DNA of 64,000 bases from Acidobacteriota bacterium (GTDB lineage: Bacteria > Acidobacteriota > UBA6911). Within the stretch, counting starts at the first letter, position 1, and each line of letters starts with the position of its first letter. The notes under the pieces were generated by a model. That model was not told the DNA's origin. It saw nothing but the letters and a program-made list of their open reading frames with translations, and ran no database searches. The translations under genes and the position numbers were made by a program. Of this stretch, positions 10,276 to 19,199 are shown piece by piece. The stretch covers positions 5,120,001-5,184,000 of the forward strand of contig OY761556.1 in NCBI GenBank assembly GCA_963664705.1, read 5' to 3'.

Positions 10276-10998
10276 TTAGCTTTCTCTGTTTTTCCTGAGT
10301 TTTAGCGCAGCACGAGACTGTGCATTGGTATTGCCCTGTTGCTTCTGTCGAGTACTAAGCTTTTCTGCCTGTTTGATTGGTTTAGTCTGTTCAGACGTGT
10401 TTTGATTGAACATTAGTCGGGTATGCAGCCCATCGATGAGCGATCGCACCGTAAGTTCGAACTGCGCATCGCGATCGGGCACAGTGTTAAACATCACTCG
10501 AACGTTTGGCAGCCAAGCCAGTATTTCGTTGTCCGGGTGCTGCATCGCGTAAAAAATCATTTCCTCTTTCACAAGCCCCGTAATCGCCATACTGCTCGTC
10601 TTTGCAGCCAACACAGCCTCCGCGAAATCAAGAGCGCTTTGCTGCCATAAACTCAGCCATCGTTCAGTCATCTGCAACATCGTCGGCGTCCAAACGTTAT
10701 ATGCATGGCGCAATTGTGCAACCACTGGATGATTCAGCATGCTCTGCCGCATCCACTGAGCCATGCTCAGCAAATCGTCTTGCCAATTACCGGTAGTGGG
10801 GGGAAGCGGATGTTTGCGGATGCTGGTTTCGACAAGGAGCGTTACAAGCGCTGCCTTATCCCGCACATGGTGATACAGCGCCATGGGCGTAACGCCTAAT
10901 GCAAGAGCGACCGCGCGCATTGTAAAGCCATCGGCGCCCTGCCTATCAGCGATGGCTAATGCGGCTGCAGCAATTCGGTCTTTATCTAGTTCTGCCAT
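10276..10998 (-). CDS. TetR/AcrR family regulator
   Basis: 'FTMRAVALALGVTPMALYHHVRDK' HTH. Confidence 0.92.
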   Translation of the reverse strand: MAELDKDRIAAAALAIADRQGADGFTMRAVALALGVTPMALYHHVRDKAALVTLLVETSIRKHPLPPTTGNWQDDLLSMAQWMRQSMLNHPVVAQLRHAYNVWTPTMLQMTERWLSLWQQSALDFAEAVLAAKTSSMAITGLVKEEMIFYAMQHPDNEILAWLPNVRVMFNTVPDRDAQFELTVRSLIDGLHTRLMFNQNTSEQTKPIKQAEKLSTRQKQQGNTNAQSRAALKLRKNRES

Positions 10999-11113
10999 TT
11001 ATCGTTTTTATCCAGAATTAATGGAATGCTCAGCGTCCTTACGCTGGGCATTCATGTGATCAGGTGATGTTCGTAAAAACGCCCGGTACGATGCCTTAAC
11101 AACATACAGCAAT

Positions 11114-11132
11114 TACTATACGTTGTATAATA
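11114..11132. promoter_or_regulatory. Putative TetR operator palindrome
   Basis: tactatac-gtt-gtataata inverted repeat upstream of tetR. Confidence 0.5.
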
Positions 11133-11748
11133 CAAAATGTCTGTAATCAAAGTTTCATCACGCTCATAAGTAGGATGGATGAAGGCAAGCAAGGAAAGGT
11201 TGGATATAGCATCGAGCAACCAGCGATGTAACGAAAGGTTATCAGAAATGAAATCTGATTGAGGGAGAAGCTGTCTGCCAATCTAGTCGAATATTAAGTA
11301 AAAGGATTTTCTCAGAGGCCCTTGCCGCATGCATTCGTTGGAAGTGAAAAGCACTGACAAATAATCCTGTGCCGACAATCCCCTCAACGATGAACCCGTT
11401 TTTTGCTTTCGCGCCGGCACTGCCGGAGCACAGGATATTGCGGAGTTGGATACCCTCTCCTTGAGAAAGTTTAATAGGCAAATCGGAAGGTCACTCGAGA
11501 ATTGAACCGGCAATGGGAAATAGGTGTTCGGTGAACCTACAATCTTCAAATACTTTATTTTCAATGCGGGAATGAAGATTGAATGACTACTCCTACTCAT
11601 ATCTGCGGACATGAGCGCTATCATTTTGGTCGGCTTGCAAGGAAATTCCTGAAGGAAGTTGGATCCGGAATAGGGCAAAAATAGGCAAAGTAGTCCCGGG
11701 ACCAACACGGAAGTATTGGGGATGCCGCTGTAACTCTTTCAGAATCAA

Positions 11749-11803
11749 TGCCGGGGATGGGAATTGAACCCACACGACCCTTGCGGGTCCCAGGATTTTA
11801 AGT
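11749..11803 (-). repeat. Displaced tRNA-Leu 3' fragment = prophage att boundary
   Basis: Identity to the tRNA ends in the anticodon loop (ttttaagt); adjacent to the integrase. Confidence 0.95.
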
Positions 11804-11922
11804 ACAATTCATGAATAACAGCCGTTGAGCCGTTTTCACGAATCCTGCAGAGTTTGCAATAACTTGCCACGATTTCTGCCATTTCACCGTTTCGACCTTT
11901 TATACCCGTTTTCACTGGGTAT

Positions 11923-11944
11923 GAGGGCCAAATCGGGGACAAAT
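11923..11944. promoter_or_regulatory. Putative integrase arm-type sites (left)
   Basis: gagggccaaat-cggggacaaat tandem; same 11-mers recur at 51021-51042. Confidence 0.7.
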
Positions 11945-11980
11945 CACCAGTGATACGAACTTTGATAAAAAGAACTCTGT

Positions 11981-13135
11981 TTAAGCACTTCCCGCCTCGT
12001 CTTTTTTGATCGGGACTACCGTTGCAGGTCCCTTCGTTTTTTCCTGGTAGTCTGCCAGACGCTTCATGCCGTCAGCCAGGTCCTGCGGGGCCACGATCGC
12101 ATACCTGCGATAGATGGCTTCGGTCTTGTGACCGACCAGCTTCATCGCCACAGACCTGGGGACTCCGGCCCGCTCAAACCTGCGAACGGCCGTTCTCCTG
12201 AAATCGTGCGGGATCTTTTTGCCGATCTTCGACTTGTCGATCGCGATTTTCCAGGCTTCCTTTATAGAGAGGATCCTGTGTCCATTCCTATGGAAAACCC
12301 AGGGGATGATGCGATGCTGCTCCCTGCGGATCAGATCCGTCTTCGCCTTCTGGTTCTCGAGCAGCTCCTGGAGCTCCGGAAGCAGGGCGAAGGGCAGCGT
12401 CCGCCCCTCGTCATTCTTTGTTGTCCCGGGATCGAGCCTGACTTCGCCAGCCTTAAAGTCCACCTGGCTCCACTGCAGCGGGAAGACTTCGCTTTTGATC
12501 CTCCACCCGGTTAGGTATGAAAATCGAAGCGCCGGCTGCAGGTCCTCGTGAAAGTGCTTAACGAAGACTTCAAAATCCTCATCCTCGAAAAATCCTTTGC
12601 GGATATTGGCAGTGCTCAATACCGGGAATTTCGGAATTTTCCCAAGAATCGTGCTTGCCAGGTTGAATCCTCGCTTCAGAATCTTCAGTTCATAAATGAT
12701 GGTGGCGTTCGCGTGCTTGTCGATTTCCTTCCGGTAATCCACGTAGGCATCAATCGCACTGAAGTCGATCTCCGCGGGCTTGGTCTCTCCGAAATAGGAG
12801 GACAGGTGCCAGATCGCGGCTTCCGCGCGTTCCGTTGATTTCCGCTCGTTCCGTTTGTAATCGCGGATAACAAGTTTTGTCAGGTCCGAGAACTTCATCC
12901 GTTCCGCCTCGAGGGGAAGGATCTTCCCGGCCGCCGCCAGCTCCAGTTCGCGGTTCAGCATGCGCACCGCTTCCTGGAAGTTTTCGGTCTTGGTCGGTTT
13001 CCTGATCTGACGGTGATGGTAGAACTGAATCCACCAGTGTTTTGATTCTATCCACTTCGCAGGGTCTTTGGGATCACGGCGCTTGCGCTTGTACACGCGG
13101 CCCTCAGTGATCTCATCCATTTTCTTTTTGGCCAT
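11981..13135 (-). CDS. int: Phage tyrosine integrase
   Basis: TGWRIKSE (R), TTKND (K), HDFRR, GHKT…YRRY catalytic residues. Confidence 0.95.
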   Translation of the reverse strand: MAKKKMDEITEGRVYKRKRRDPKDPAKWIESKHWWIQFYHHRQIRKPTKTENFQEAVRMLNRELELAAAGKILPLEAERMKFSDLTKLVIRDYKRNERKSTERAEAAIWHLSSYFGETKPAEIDFSAIDAYVDYRKEIDKHANATIIYELKILKRGFNLASTILGKIPKFPVLSTANIRKGFFEDEDFEVFVKHFHEDLQPALRFSYLTGWRIKSEVFPLQWSQVDFKAGEVRLDPGTTKNDEGRTLPFALLPELQELLENQKAKTDLIRREQHRIIPWVFHRNGHRILSIKEAWKIAIDKSKIGKKIPHDFRRTAVRRFERAGVPRSVAMKLVGHKTEAIYRRYAIVAPQDLADGMKRLADYQEKTKGPATVVPIKKDEAGSA

Positions 13136-13157
13136 TTATTACCTCCTGACCAATACC

Positions 13158-13460
13158 CTAACGCCGTTTGTCCCTGTACGCCAGAGCGCCGCGCTTTGAA
13201 AACCGGAGACGATTGCCGATCCTGCGGGTAAAAGGCAGGTTTTTGGACTTCATGTAGAGCCATTGCTTGCTGATTTTCAGAAGGGCTGCGGTTTCCTCAA
13301 CGTCGAGGATAACATCCTCTTCTTCCGGAACCGGGTCCTGTCTTTCAATGATCAGCCTGGCTGAAAGAGCCGTCTGGAGGCCTGCGAGCTGCGCGATCGC
13401 CGGCGGGATGTCTTCAAAGGCGAATTCACCGGCATCAGGAAGGGTAAGATTGGCTGCCAT
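13158..13460 (-). CDS. xis: Excisionase-like HTH protein
   Basis: 'ILDVEETAALLKISKQWLY…PFTRRIGNRLRF', directly upstream of int. Confidence 0.8.
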   Translation of the reverse strand: MAANLTLPDAGEFAFEDIPPAIAQLAGLQTALSARLIIERQDPVPEEEDVILDVEETAALLKISKQWLYMKSKNLPFTRRIGNRLRFSKRGALAYRDKRR

Positions 13461-13665
13461 TTAATACCTCACATCGTGTGTGTAATAGAAACATTTGACC
13501 GAAGCGAGACCAAACTGGCTCTTCTATGTAGGGTTCAACCCCTATGGGCTCGCCGCATATCAAGCATTCCGTATTCTTCGCTTCTTCCAAGTCATAACCA
13601 TATTTCTGGTGATAACTATGTCCTGGCTGAGGATTGCACAGGCCGCAACTGCATCTCTTGGCCAT
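13435..13665 (-). CDS. Phage hypothetical protein (Cys-rich)
   Basis: Overlapping ORF in operon; CxC, CxxC. Confidence 0.55.
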   Translation of the reverse strand: MAKRCSCGLCNPQPGHSYHQKYGYDLEEAKNTECLICGEPIGVEPYIEEPVWSRFGQMFLLHTRCEVLNGSQSYPS

Positions 13666-13726
13666 TACCAGTCCCCTCCGTCGTTCTCGATTTTTACCAA
13701 AGGATCAACAACAGTGATATTTCCCA

Positions 13727-13960
13727 TCAAAAAACCATCCGAGGATCAAACGCCTTTGTCGCATAAGTCGGCGGCGGAGTTTCCAAAAGCTCCTTTTCGA
13801 ATTCGCTGCAGTCTCCCTTTGCCGGAACAGCCACTCTGACGACGGCCATTTCGAATTCAATCCCCTTTTCAGTCACTCCCCTCCAGATACGCGCTCTAAC
13901 CGGGGTTCCTGCGATGTGTAGATCTACAATGGAACTCGTGTTTTCAATTTGTGCTTTCAC
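13727..13960 (-). CDS. Phage hypothetical protein
   Basis: GTG start with GGAGG RBS; 'RARIWRGVTEKG'. Confidence 0.65.
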   Translation of the reverse strand: MKAQIENTSSIVDLHIAGTPVRARIWRGVTEKGIEFEMAVVRVAVPAKGDCSEFEKELLETPPPTYATKAFDPRMVF

Positions 13961-14222
13961 TGATTCCTCCGGGTTTGATGATTTTTCCAGACTGTAACAA
14001 GGTAAGAATCGAAGACTGGATCTGGGACACGATTGCGATCGACTCGCAGTTGCTGCAGACCAGGCGACCCTGATTGATGAAGTGCTGGGACCAGCTGCAG
14101 CCGCCCGGGCAGGCATTTATTTCCGTGCAGCCGCATATTTCACAGGAAAGGAAAAGGCAGTGGTCAAAATCCTCTTCCAGCGCCTTTAGGATCAGGTCGT
14201 CAAGGTTAATTTGATTGATCAT
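13944..14222 (-). CDS. Phage zinc-finger protein
   Basis: CEICGCTEINACPGGCSW…CSNC. Confidence 0.7.
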   Translation of the reverse strand: MINQINLDDLILKALEEDFDHCLFLSCEICGCTEINACPGGCSWSQHFINQGRLVCSNCESIAIVSQIQSSILTLLQSGKIIKPGGISESTN

Positions 14223-14704
14223 GCCCTCACCTCCGGAAACGGTGTCACGTTGCTGTCCGGTGCTGGAGGAAGGGCAAGCCTTCCGGTTTCCATCAGGGCC
14301 TCATAAAACGTCCTACCCGCTTCATCCTGCGCATATGGCAGGAACACCTGATCGGCTTTGACCTGTCCGAGCTGAATAAATGCCATTTGTGCTTGGACCC
14401 ATCGCAATACAAGCCTCCACGCGATTCGCTCAGCTTGCGCCCGCAGTTTTACTGTATCGGGAAAACTCCTCCGATTGCGTTCAAGGAGGATTTTGTAAAC
14501 AGGATCGACCTTTGCCGGCACCTTGTAAATCTGCGTGGCGCCGCGAGTCTCAAGAGAGAATTTGATTCCCTTGATTTTACCGTTGTCGTATTCGGTGAGG
14601 ATTTCGCGGGCTCCGGATTGGACCAAACACGCGTTTATTTCTCCAACTGTCCGCTCTGCCGGTACCTGTGTCGTTTCGAGATAAATCTTGCTTTGTGCTT
14701 TCAT
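14219..14704 (-). CDS. Conserved phage hypothetical protein
   Basis: 'QAERIAWRLVLRWVQAQMA…FLPY'; ATGA coupling. Confidence 0.7.
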   Translation of the reverse strand: MKAQSKIYLETTQVPAERTVGEINACLVQSGAREILTEYDNGKIKGIKFSLETRGATQIYKVPAKVDPVYKILLERNRRSFPDTVKLRAQAERIAWRLVLRWVQAQMAFIQLGQVKADQVFLPYAQDEAGRTFYEALMETGRLALPPAPDSNVTPFPEVRA

Positions 14705-14850
14705 CTGAGAACTCTTTTCAATTCTGGGGACGGCCACCGCACCATGCGGCCGGCCGGCTTGTCTGTCGTTAATCCGTCAATCTGTCCACTCGTCTCCCCG
14801 CGTTCGTCAGGCGCAGGGCGAATGATGTTGATTGGCCAGGCCGTCCCCAT
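14701..14850 (-). CDS. Small hypothetical protein (49 aa)
   Basis: Manually found; fills the gap, stop overlaps next ATG (ATGA). Confidence 0.4.
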   Translation of the reverse strand: MGTAWPINIIRPAPDERGETSGQIDGLTTDKPAGRMVRWPSPELKRVLR

Positions 14851-14856
14851 AGTCGC

Positions 14857-16470
14857 TTACATCTTTAAACAGTCAGATTCCTGACAGTCGTCGCAGTTGT
14901 TGTCGCAGACGTCCGTCTCTTCCGTGGCTGGTCTCGTTTTCTTGCCGGCAGATTTTGTCTTGCCTTTGGCGGGTCTTGATTCGGGTTTCGTGGATTTCGT
15001 CTCGGCTTTTTTGAGTTCCTTCTCGATCGCCTTGATATCCACCTTGAATCGCGCGGCATACTCGATCAGCTGTTTCGGCCGTTTCTGATCTCCCCACACA
15101 AAGACGTGGACAAACTGGCTCAGACAGATCTCGAAAACAATGTTTTGCAGCGCGTCCATGGAAAGTTCAGAAAGATGCCTTTTGATCTCTTCATCTTTGA
15201 TGAAGGTAGCATCTGCCGCGATCCACCCATGGCGTATCCCGATGAATAACTGGTCATCGCTGTCGGCCGACTCCGCCACAGTCTGCGCAATCAACAGCCA
15301 GTCCTGTTTGTTGTAGGATGCCTTGGCGGACTTGGATAGGATCCCATCAAAGATCCGGACGCGAATTGACTGCTCCCTCTCCGCGCTTTGCTGCTTTTCC
15401 AAACGCGCCTTTTCATGGTCCACAATGCCCGGTCCGGATGAGTTTTGTTTTTTGTGGACTTTGCAGTCAGGATCCGCGCAGACAGTAACGATACTTCCTT
15501 TGTCTTGTTTTCCTGTTACGACAATCGCTTTCTGCTCGAGGCCGCAGCGGTCGTTCTTCCCCTGTAAAACCGTGTACTTGTCTTTCGCGATCGGGCCGCT
15601 TTTCTTCGTTGACCAGTCAGAGGAAATTTTCAGGAGCTCTTTACCTTGCGTTTCCTGGGCCGCAAGCTTCCAGTCAATGTGCGCCTTCACCTTCTTCTGG
15701 AAGCAGGAGCCATCGGTGCAGGTATCTTCTTTCTGGATGTCAGCAAAGAGCGCAATATTGAATCCGGTACGCTTCGGGCAGTTCACACAAGCGCCGACAT
15801 CCGGAAGCAGATTCTCATCCTTCAGGCTGAACGGAGCGTTCTTCAAATCCAGGTGGACATTGTATTCAATCCACCAGGCCAGCGATTTCACGCTGATCGC
15901 CTGGTCGGAGTTTTTGAATACTTCCTTGAAGGCTTTCTCCTGGTCCCTGGGCTGCAGTCTGGCAATCAGAATCGCGTGTTCGGCCGTAATCCTGTCATCC
16001 AGAAAAGACTGCTGGATGTCATCAACCAGGTCGAGCAGCTTCAGCCGCTTGTAGACGTGACTTTCAGAGCATCCGAGTTTCGCGGCGATCGCCGGCGCCG
16101 TGTTCCCTCTTTCGGCCAGGCGCTGATATCCAATCGCCTGCTCCAGCGGGTGGACGTCCTCGCGCTGCTCGTTCTCCAGGAGCTGGACCTCGAGCACTTG
16201 GTCATCGGTCATCGACCGAACCATGACCGGAACATCCATCAATCCCGCGCGCCTCGAGGCCCGGTACCGGCGCGATCCGGCGACGATCTCCCACATCGCC
16301 CCGCTGTCGCGCAGATCTCCGCCAGTGGGACGCACCAGGAGCGGGATCTGGATTCCGGACTCACGAACACTCTGGGTAAGCTCCTCCAGCTTCTGCTCTT
16401 TGTATCGCTTTCGCGGGTTTGTCGGCGATTCGCGCAGGTCTTCGATGGGCACAGTCCGCAGCTCTATCAC
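14857..16470 (-). CDS. ParB/RepB/Spo0J family protein
   Basis: NPRK, 'IVAGSRRYRAS', ENEQREDVHPLEQA, HTH, CxxCPKRTG; GTG start with GGAGG. Confidence 0.9.
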   Translation of the reverse strand: MIELRTVPIEDLRESPTNPRKRYKEQKLEELTQSVRESGIQIPLLVRPTGGDLRDSGAMWEIVAGSRRYRASRRAGLMDVPVMVRSMTDDQVLEVQLLENEQREDVHPLEQAIGYQRLAERGNTAPAIAAKLGCSESHVYKRLKLLDLVDDIQQSFLDDRITAEHAILIARLQPRDQEKAFKEVFKNSDQAISVKSLAWWIEYNVHLDLKNAPFSLKDENLLPDVGACVNCPKRTGFNIALFADIQKEDTCTDGSCFQKKVKAHIDWKLAAQETQGKELLKISSDWSTKKSGPIAKDKYTVLQGKNDRCGLEQKAIVVTGKQDKGSIVTVCADPDCKVHKKQNSSGPGIVDHEKARLEKQQSAEREQSIRVRIFDGILSKSAKASYNKQDWLLIAQTVAESADSDDQLFIGIRHGWIAADATFIKDEEIKRHLSELSMDALQNIVFEICLSQFVHVFVWGDQKRPKQLIEYAARFKVDIKAIEKELKKAETKSTKPESRPAKGKTKSAGKKTRPATEETDVCDNNCDDCQESDCLKM

Positions 16471-17063
16471 AGGTGCCTCCTCTCGATGTGCTTCTGGAGG
16501 TCCTCGTCTTCCGCGAAACGTTTCCCGCATTCTTCGCAATCCCAAACTCCGGATTTGTCTTCGCCCGGATCATCCGTGGTTGTTTTTGGAGCGGAAGTCT
16601 TTTGAGCAGGTTTCGAGGTTACGGGTTTGGCGCCTGGGACGCTCCAAGTGCAGTTACGGCCGGTTCCTGCCAGAACAATGTGTCCAAGCTTTTTTGCTTT
16701 TCTGAAGCTGAAACCGACTGCCCCGACGTTGGATTTCAGATCCGCGGCCGCCTGGGTAAGCGTGCAGTTCGGGTGCGACGTGACGTAGTCGATCGCCTCC
16801 TGAATTTTCGGAGAAATCGCCGCCTTTTTTCTGGGGCCGAGTTTTTTCTTGAGTTTTTTGAAAGCGGGCCTTTCTGATACCGAAGGAACTTTCGATTTCT
16901 CCACGGGTCCCTGGCTATCTACTGTGGGCAGTGCTGGCGGCGAGATAAAGGTGGTTATATCGGTGTCTCCGTTCTGGAGCGCCAGGCTCTCCACTATCTT
17001 GCGCGCAAATCGCAATTCGAATATCCTCTGATCGATTGCCTTGATGGTAGGGGTAAAATCCAT
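16467..17063 (-). CDS. Hypothetical protein with HTH-like segment and C-terminal C2H2 zinc finger
   Basis: CEECGKRF…LQKHIERRH; start MDFTP with GGAGG. Confidence 0.65.
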   Translation of the reverse strand: MDFTPTIKAIDQRIFELRFARKIVESLALQNGDTDITTFISPPALPTVDSQGPVEKSKVPSVSERPAFKKLKKKLGPRKKAAISPKIQEAIDYVTSHPNCTLTQAAADLKSNVGAVGFSFRKAKKLGHIVLAGTGRNCTWSVPGAKPVTSKPAQKTSAPKTTTDDPGEDKSGVWDCEECGKRFAEDEDLQKHIERRHL

Positions 17064-17350
17064 TAAGCCTCCTTTATAGTGACGCCTGAAATCCTGGCGT
17101 CCTCCTCTATGATTTCCAAAGTTGCCGCCAGCATGGCGAGCTGCAGCCATTCGTTGCGTTCGTTTTCGATCATGCGGCAGAGAATTTCGACCGGGCTCTG
17201 CCCTGTCCTGGTCCTGTGCTCCCGGATGGCGTCGATCCATCCTTTGACAACAGACAAGTACCCATCCCGGTGCATCTCTTTGAGCGTTGCGCGTGCCTGC
17301 AGCATGTAATGCGTGGCTTTGAGCGTCTTCTGTATCTGGGTGAATTCCAT
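17063..17350 (-). CDS. Phage hypothetical protein
   Basis: Coupled ORF in early operon. Confidence 0.6.
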   Translation of the reverse strand: MEFTQIQKTLKATHYMLQARATLKEMHRDGYLSVVKGWIDAIREHRTRTGQSPVEILCRMIENERNEWLQLAMLAATLEIIEEDARISGVTIKEA

Positions 17351-17427
17351 GCAAAAGCTCCCGGGACCCGCGCCTATAGGATTTATTAAACCCGCGGGTT
17401 CCTCTTACGAACTCTGTGATACGAATT

Positions 17428-17616
17428 TCAAAGACTCGCTTTCAGGGATTTCAACTTGTCGAGTTTCTTTTCCAGTTCGTAGACAGCGTCCAGCACGATA
17501 TCCGCGCAAATCCTGCCATCCCTGATTTTCTGAAGCAGTTTCGGGTTCGAGATCGCAAGCTCGTTCAGATACACCTGAACTTCATTGATGGATTCGCGGA
17601 TTGATTCGAGTTTCAT
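17428..17616 (-). CDS. Phage hypothetical protein
   Basis: MKLESIRES… coupled to upstream stop. Confidence 0.55.
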   Translation of the reverse strand: MKLESIRESINEVQVYLNELAISNPKLLQKIRDGRICADIVLDAVYELEKKLDKLKSLKASL

Positions 17617-17912
17617 AGATGCCCGGTTTTCCTGGCAATCCGATAGCCGACGAAAGACATGATTGCCAAAACGATCACCAGCCCGGCCACGATGTAAGCG
17701 ACGTGACCGCATTTTTGCTCGATGAAAAGCAAAAGACAGAGCACCAGCGTCATAAGAAATAATTCGCCGATGGCCTGAAGGAATCTGGCCATGTGGCTGA
17801 ACAGCCCCGGCCGGCGCCGTACTTCCATCTGCGGAAGCCTGAAATAGCTCGGAGCGTTTGGGGAGTAACGACTGTTCCTTGCCATTGATGCACAAACGCG
17901 GTCATGCAGCAT
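17613..17912 (-). CDS. Phage membrane protein (2 TM)
   Basis: Two hydrophobic stretches; AGGAG RBS. Confidence 0.55.
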   Translation of the reverse strand: MLHDRVCASMARNSRYSPNAPSYFRLPQMEVRRRPGLFSHMARFLQAIGELFLMTLVLCLLLFIEQKCGHVAYIVAGLVIVLAIMSFVGYRIARKTGHL

Positions 17913-18177
17913 GCTGTTCTCCTTTTAAGTAGAGTGCTTCCTGAATCACTGCGTGCATTGCGATGTAATCTTCCCTGAGTTCGGCATCGATGATCCGCCG
18001 CGCAAACTCCCGCGCCTGCGGAATGGTAAGAAGCGGATTCCCGCTGATCAGGCTGGCCGTGTACTCGCCTTCGCGCAGGATGTCCTTGCACAACGGGCAT
18101 TCAGGAGGTTTCATACCGGCCAAATATTGGACGTGACCGCAAACCGTCACTTCGTAAACGCGGACTTCTGTCATCAC
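17902..18177 (-). CDS. Phage hypothetical protein
   Basis: CGH…CPLC; overlapping neighbours. Confidence 0.6.
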   Translation of the reverse strand: MMTEVRVYEVTVCGHVQYLAGMKPPECPLCKDILREGEYTASLISGNPLLTIPQAREFARRIIDAELREDYIAMHAVIQEALYLKGEQHAA

Positions 18178-18332
18178 AAAGCTCCCAGAATGGCCCCGGC
18201 AATAAATGCAGCGCCGATGATGAGGTTGAAATATTTGTCCAGGCGCTTCCTGCGGAGCCGGCTGCGCAGGATCCTTACCATCCGTTGCTCAGCGCTTTCC
18301 GATCTGCGTTCGATCCAGAGCTCCAGATTCAT
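18174..18332 (-). CDS. Small membrane-anchored protein (52 aa)
   Basis: Manual: MNLELWIERR…YFNLIIGAAFIAGAILGAL; GAGG RBS; not in the ORF track. Confidence 0.6.
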   Translation of the reverse strand: MNLELWIERRSESAEQRMVRILRSRLRRKRLDKYFNLIIGAAFIAGAILGAL

Positions 18333-18341
18333 GATTGCCTC

Positions 18342-18524
18342 CTATCGGAAACCGGCTCTTTCAGCCAGGTCGAGACGGTTCCGCGTTCTTTCGCTGATCT
18401 TCTTGTGTGGAACCTTCGGTCTGCATTCGGCGTGGACGGCCCGAAACCCGGAGCAGCTGATCTCGGCTCCAATCGCGATCGCCTTTCTGCAGAGAGGACA
18501 CCGGTTACGGAATCGCGCCTTCAT
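18342..18524 (-). CDS. Small phage protein (CxxC…HxxC)
   Basis: MKARFRNRCPLCRKAIAIG…VHAEC. Confidence 0.6.
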   Translation of the reverse strand: MKARFRNRCPLCRKAIAIGAEISCSGFRAVHAECRPKVPHKKISERTRNRLDLAERAGFR

Positions 18525-18856
18525 GCCGTCCTCCTGCTCTGCTGCAATTCCCGGCCGGCGCGGATCATTCCAAATGCCTTGTCAATCGCCGATTTCGCCG
18601 ACTCGATGCAGCGCGCGACCTCGTCACCGGATTCGTTTGCAAACAGGTGCAAAGGTTTGCGCGATTGATCCTCGATGACCTGGGCTTCTAAAATCTGGCG
18701 CATGATTTCTGAGGCGGTGATTTCGCTGGCAGTCGGATCTTCCATCCGTGCGCAGGCAGTCTTGACGATCGCCTTCTGCTTCACCCAGGCCACGCAGTGG
18801 TCCGGTGCCCGGAAGGCCATCGTCTCGGTTCCCTTTTCTTCGTGTCTACGCGTCAT
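18521..18856 (-). CDS. Phage regulatory protein (cII position)
   Basis: Follows cro; GGAGG RBS; function inferred from position only. Confidence 0.5.
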   Translation of the reverse strand: MTRRHEEKGTETMAFRAPDHCVAWVKQKAIVKTACARMEDPTASEITASEIMRQILEAQVIEDQSRKPLHLFANESGDEVARCIESAKSAIDKAFGMIRAGRELQQSRRTA

Positions 18857-18895
18857 AGTTGCTTTCCTCCAATGGAGGGGTGAGGGTTTTAAGCG

Positions 18896-19093
18896 CTATG
18901 CTGCTGTGTTGTCGATTGGGAAAAGATCTTCTGGCCGTACATTCAGTGCTCTTGCCAGTCGGGCGACGATTTCCCAGCGAGGTCTTTTTATGTCCTCGTT
19001 TTCGATCCGACTGATTGTTGTTTGTTCGACGCCGCTTCTCTCGGCCAGTTGTTCTTGCGTCATTCCGTGCTGTTTTCTAATTTCCTTGAGCAT
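18896..19093 (-). CDS. Cro-like XRE HTH regulator
   Basis: LKEIRKQHGMTQEQLAERSGVEQTTISRIE; divergent from repressor. Confidence 0.9.
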   Translation of the reverse strand: MLKEIRKQHGMTQEQLAERSGVEQTTISRIENEDIKRPRWEIVARLARALNVRPEDLFPIDNTAA

Positions 19094-19099
19094 GGCGTA

Positions 19100-19128
19100 A
19101 TTATGCATATACGCGTATACGCTGTCAA
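19100..19128 (-). promoter_or_regulatory. sigma70 lytic (cro) promoter
   Basis: TTGACA (19128-19123), 17 bp, CATAAT (19105-19100). Confidence 0.8.
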
Positions 19129-19156
19129 TATAATAAATGCATAAACGCGTATGCGC
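19103..19156. promoter_or_regulatory. Two quasi-palindromic repressor operators
   Basis: atgcatatacgcgtatacgc (19103) and atgcataaacgcgtatgcgc (19137) flank the -35. Confidence 0.75.
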
Positions 19157-19199
19157 TTATACATTGCGCTTGATGTCTTTTAGATGCATATGTTTGCAG

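Larger units (their letters stand above)
6112..11803. mobile_element. Genomic island C (~5.6 kb), integrase-less
   Basis: tRNA fragments at both ends; aatag(a/g)gcaaaaataggcaaa near both ends (~6306 and ~11669). Confidence 0.85.

Noticed and set aside
1377-11803. CRISPR array or additional tRNA genes suggested by the recurring ~55 bp repeat
   Set aside because: Spacing is kilobases, and the copies lack the tRNA 5' half; they are att fragments
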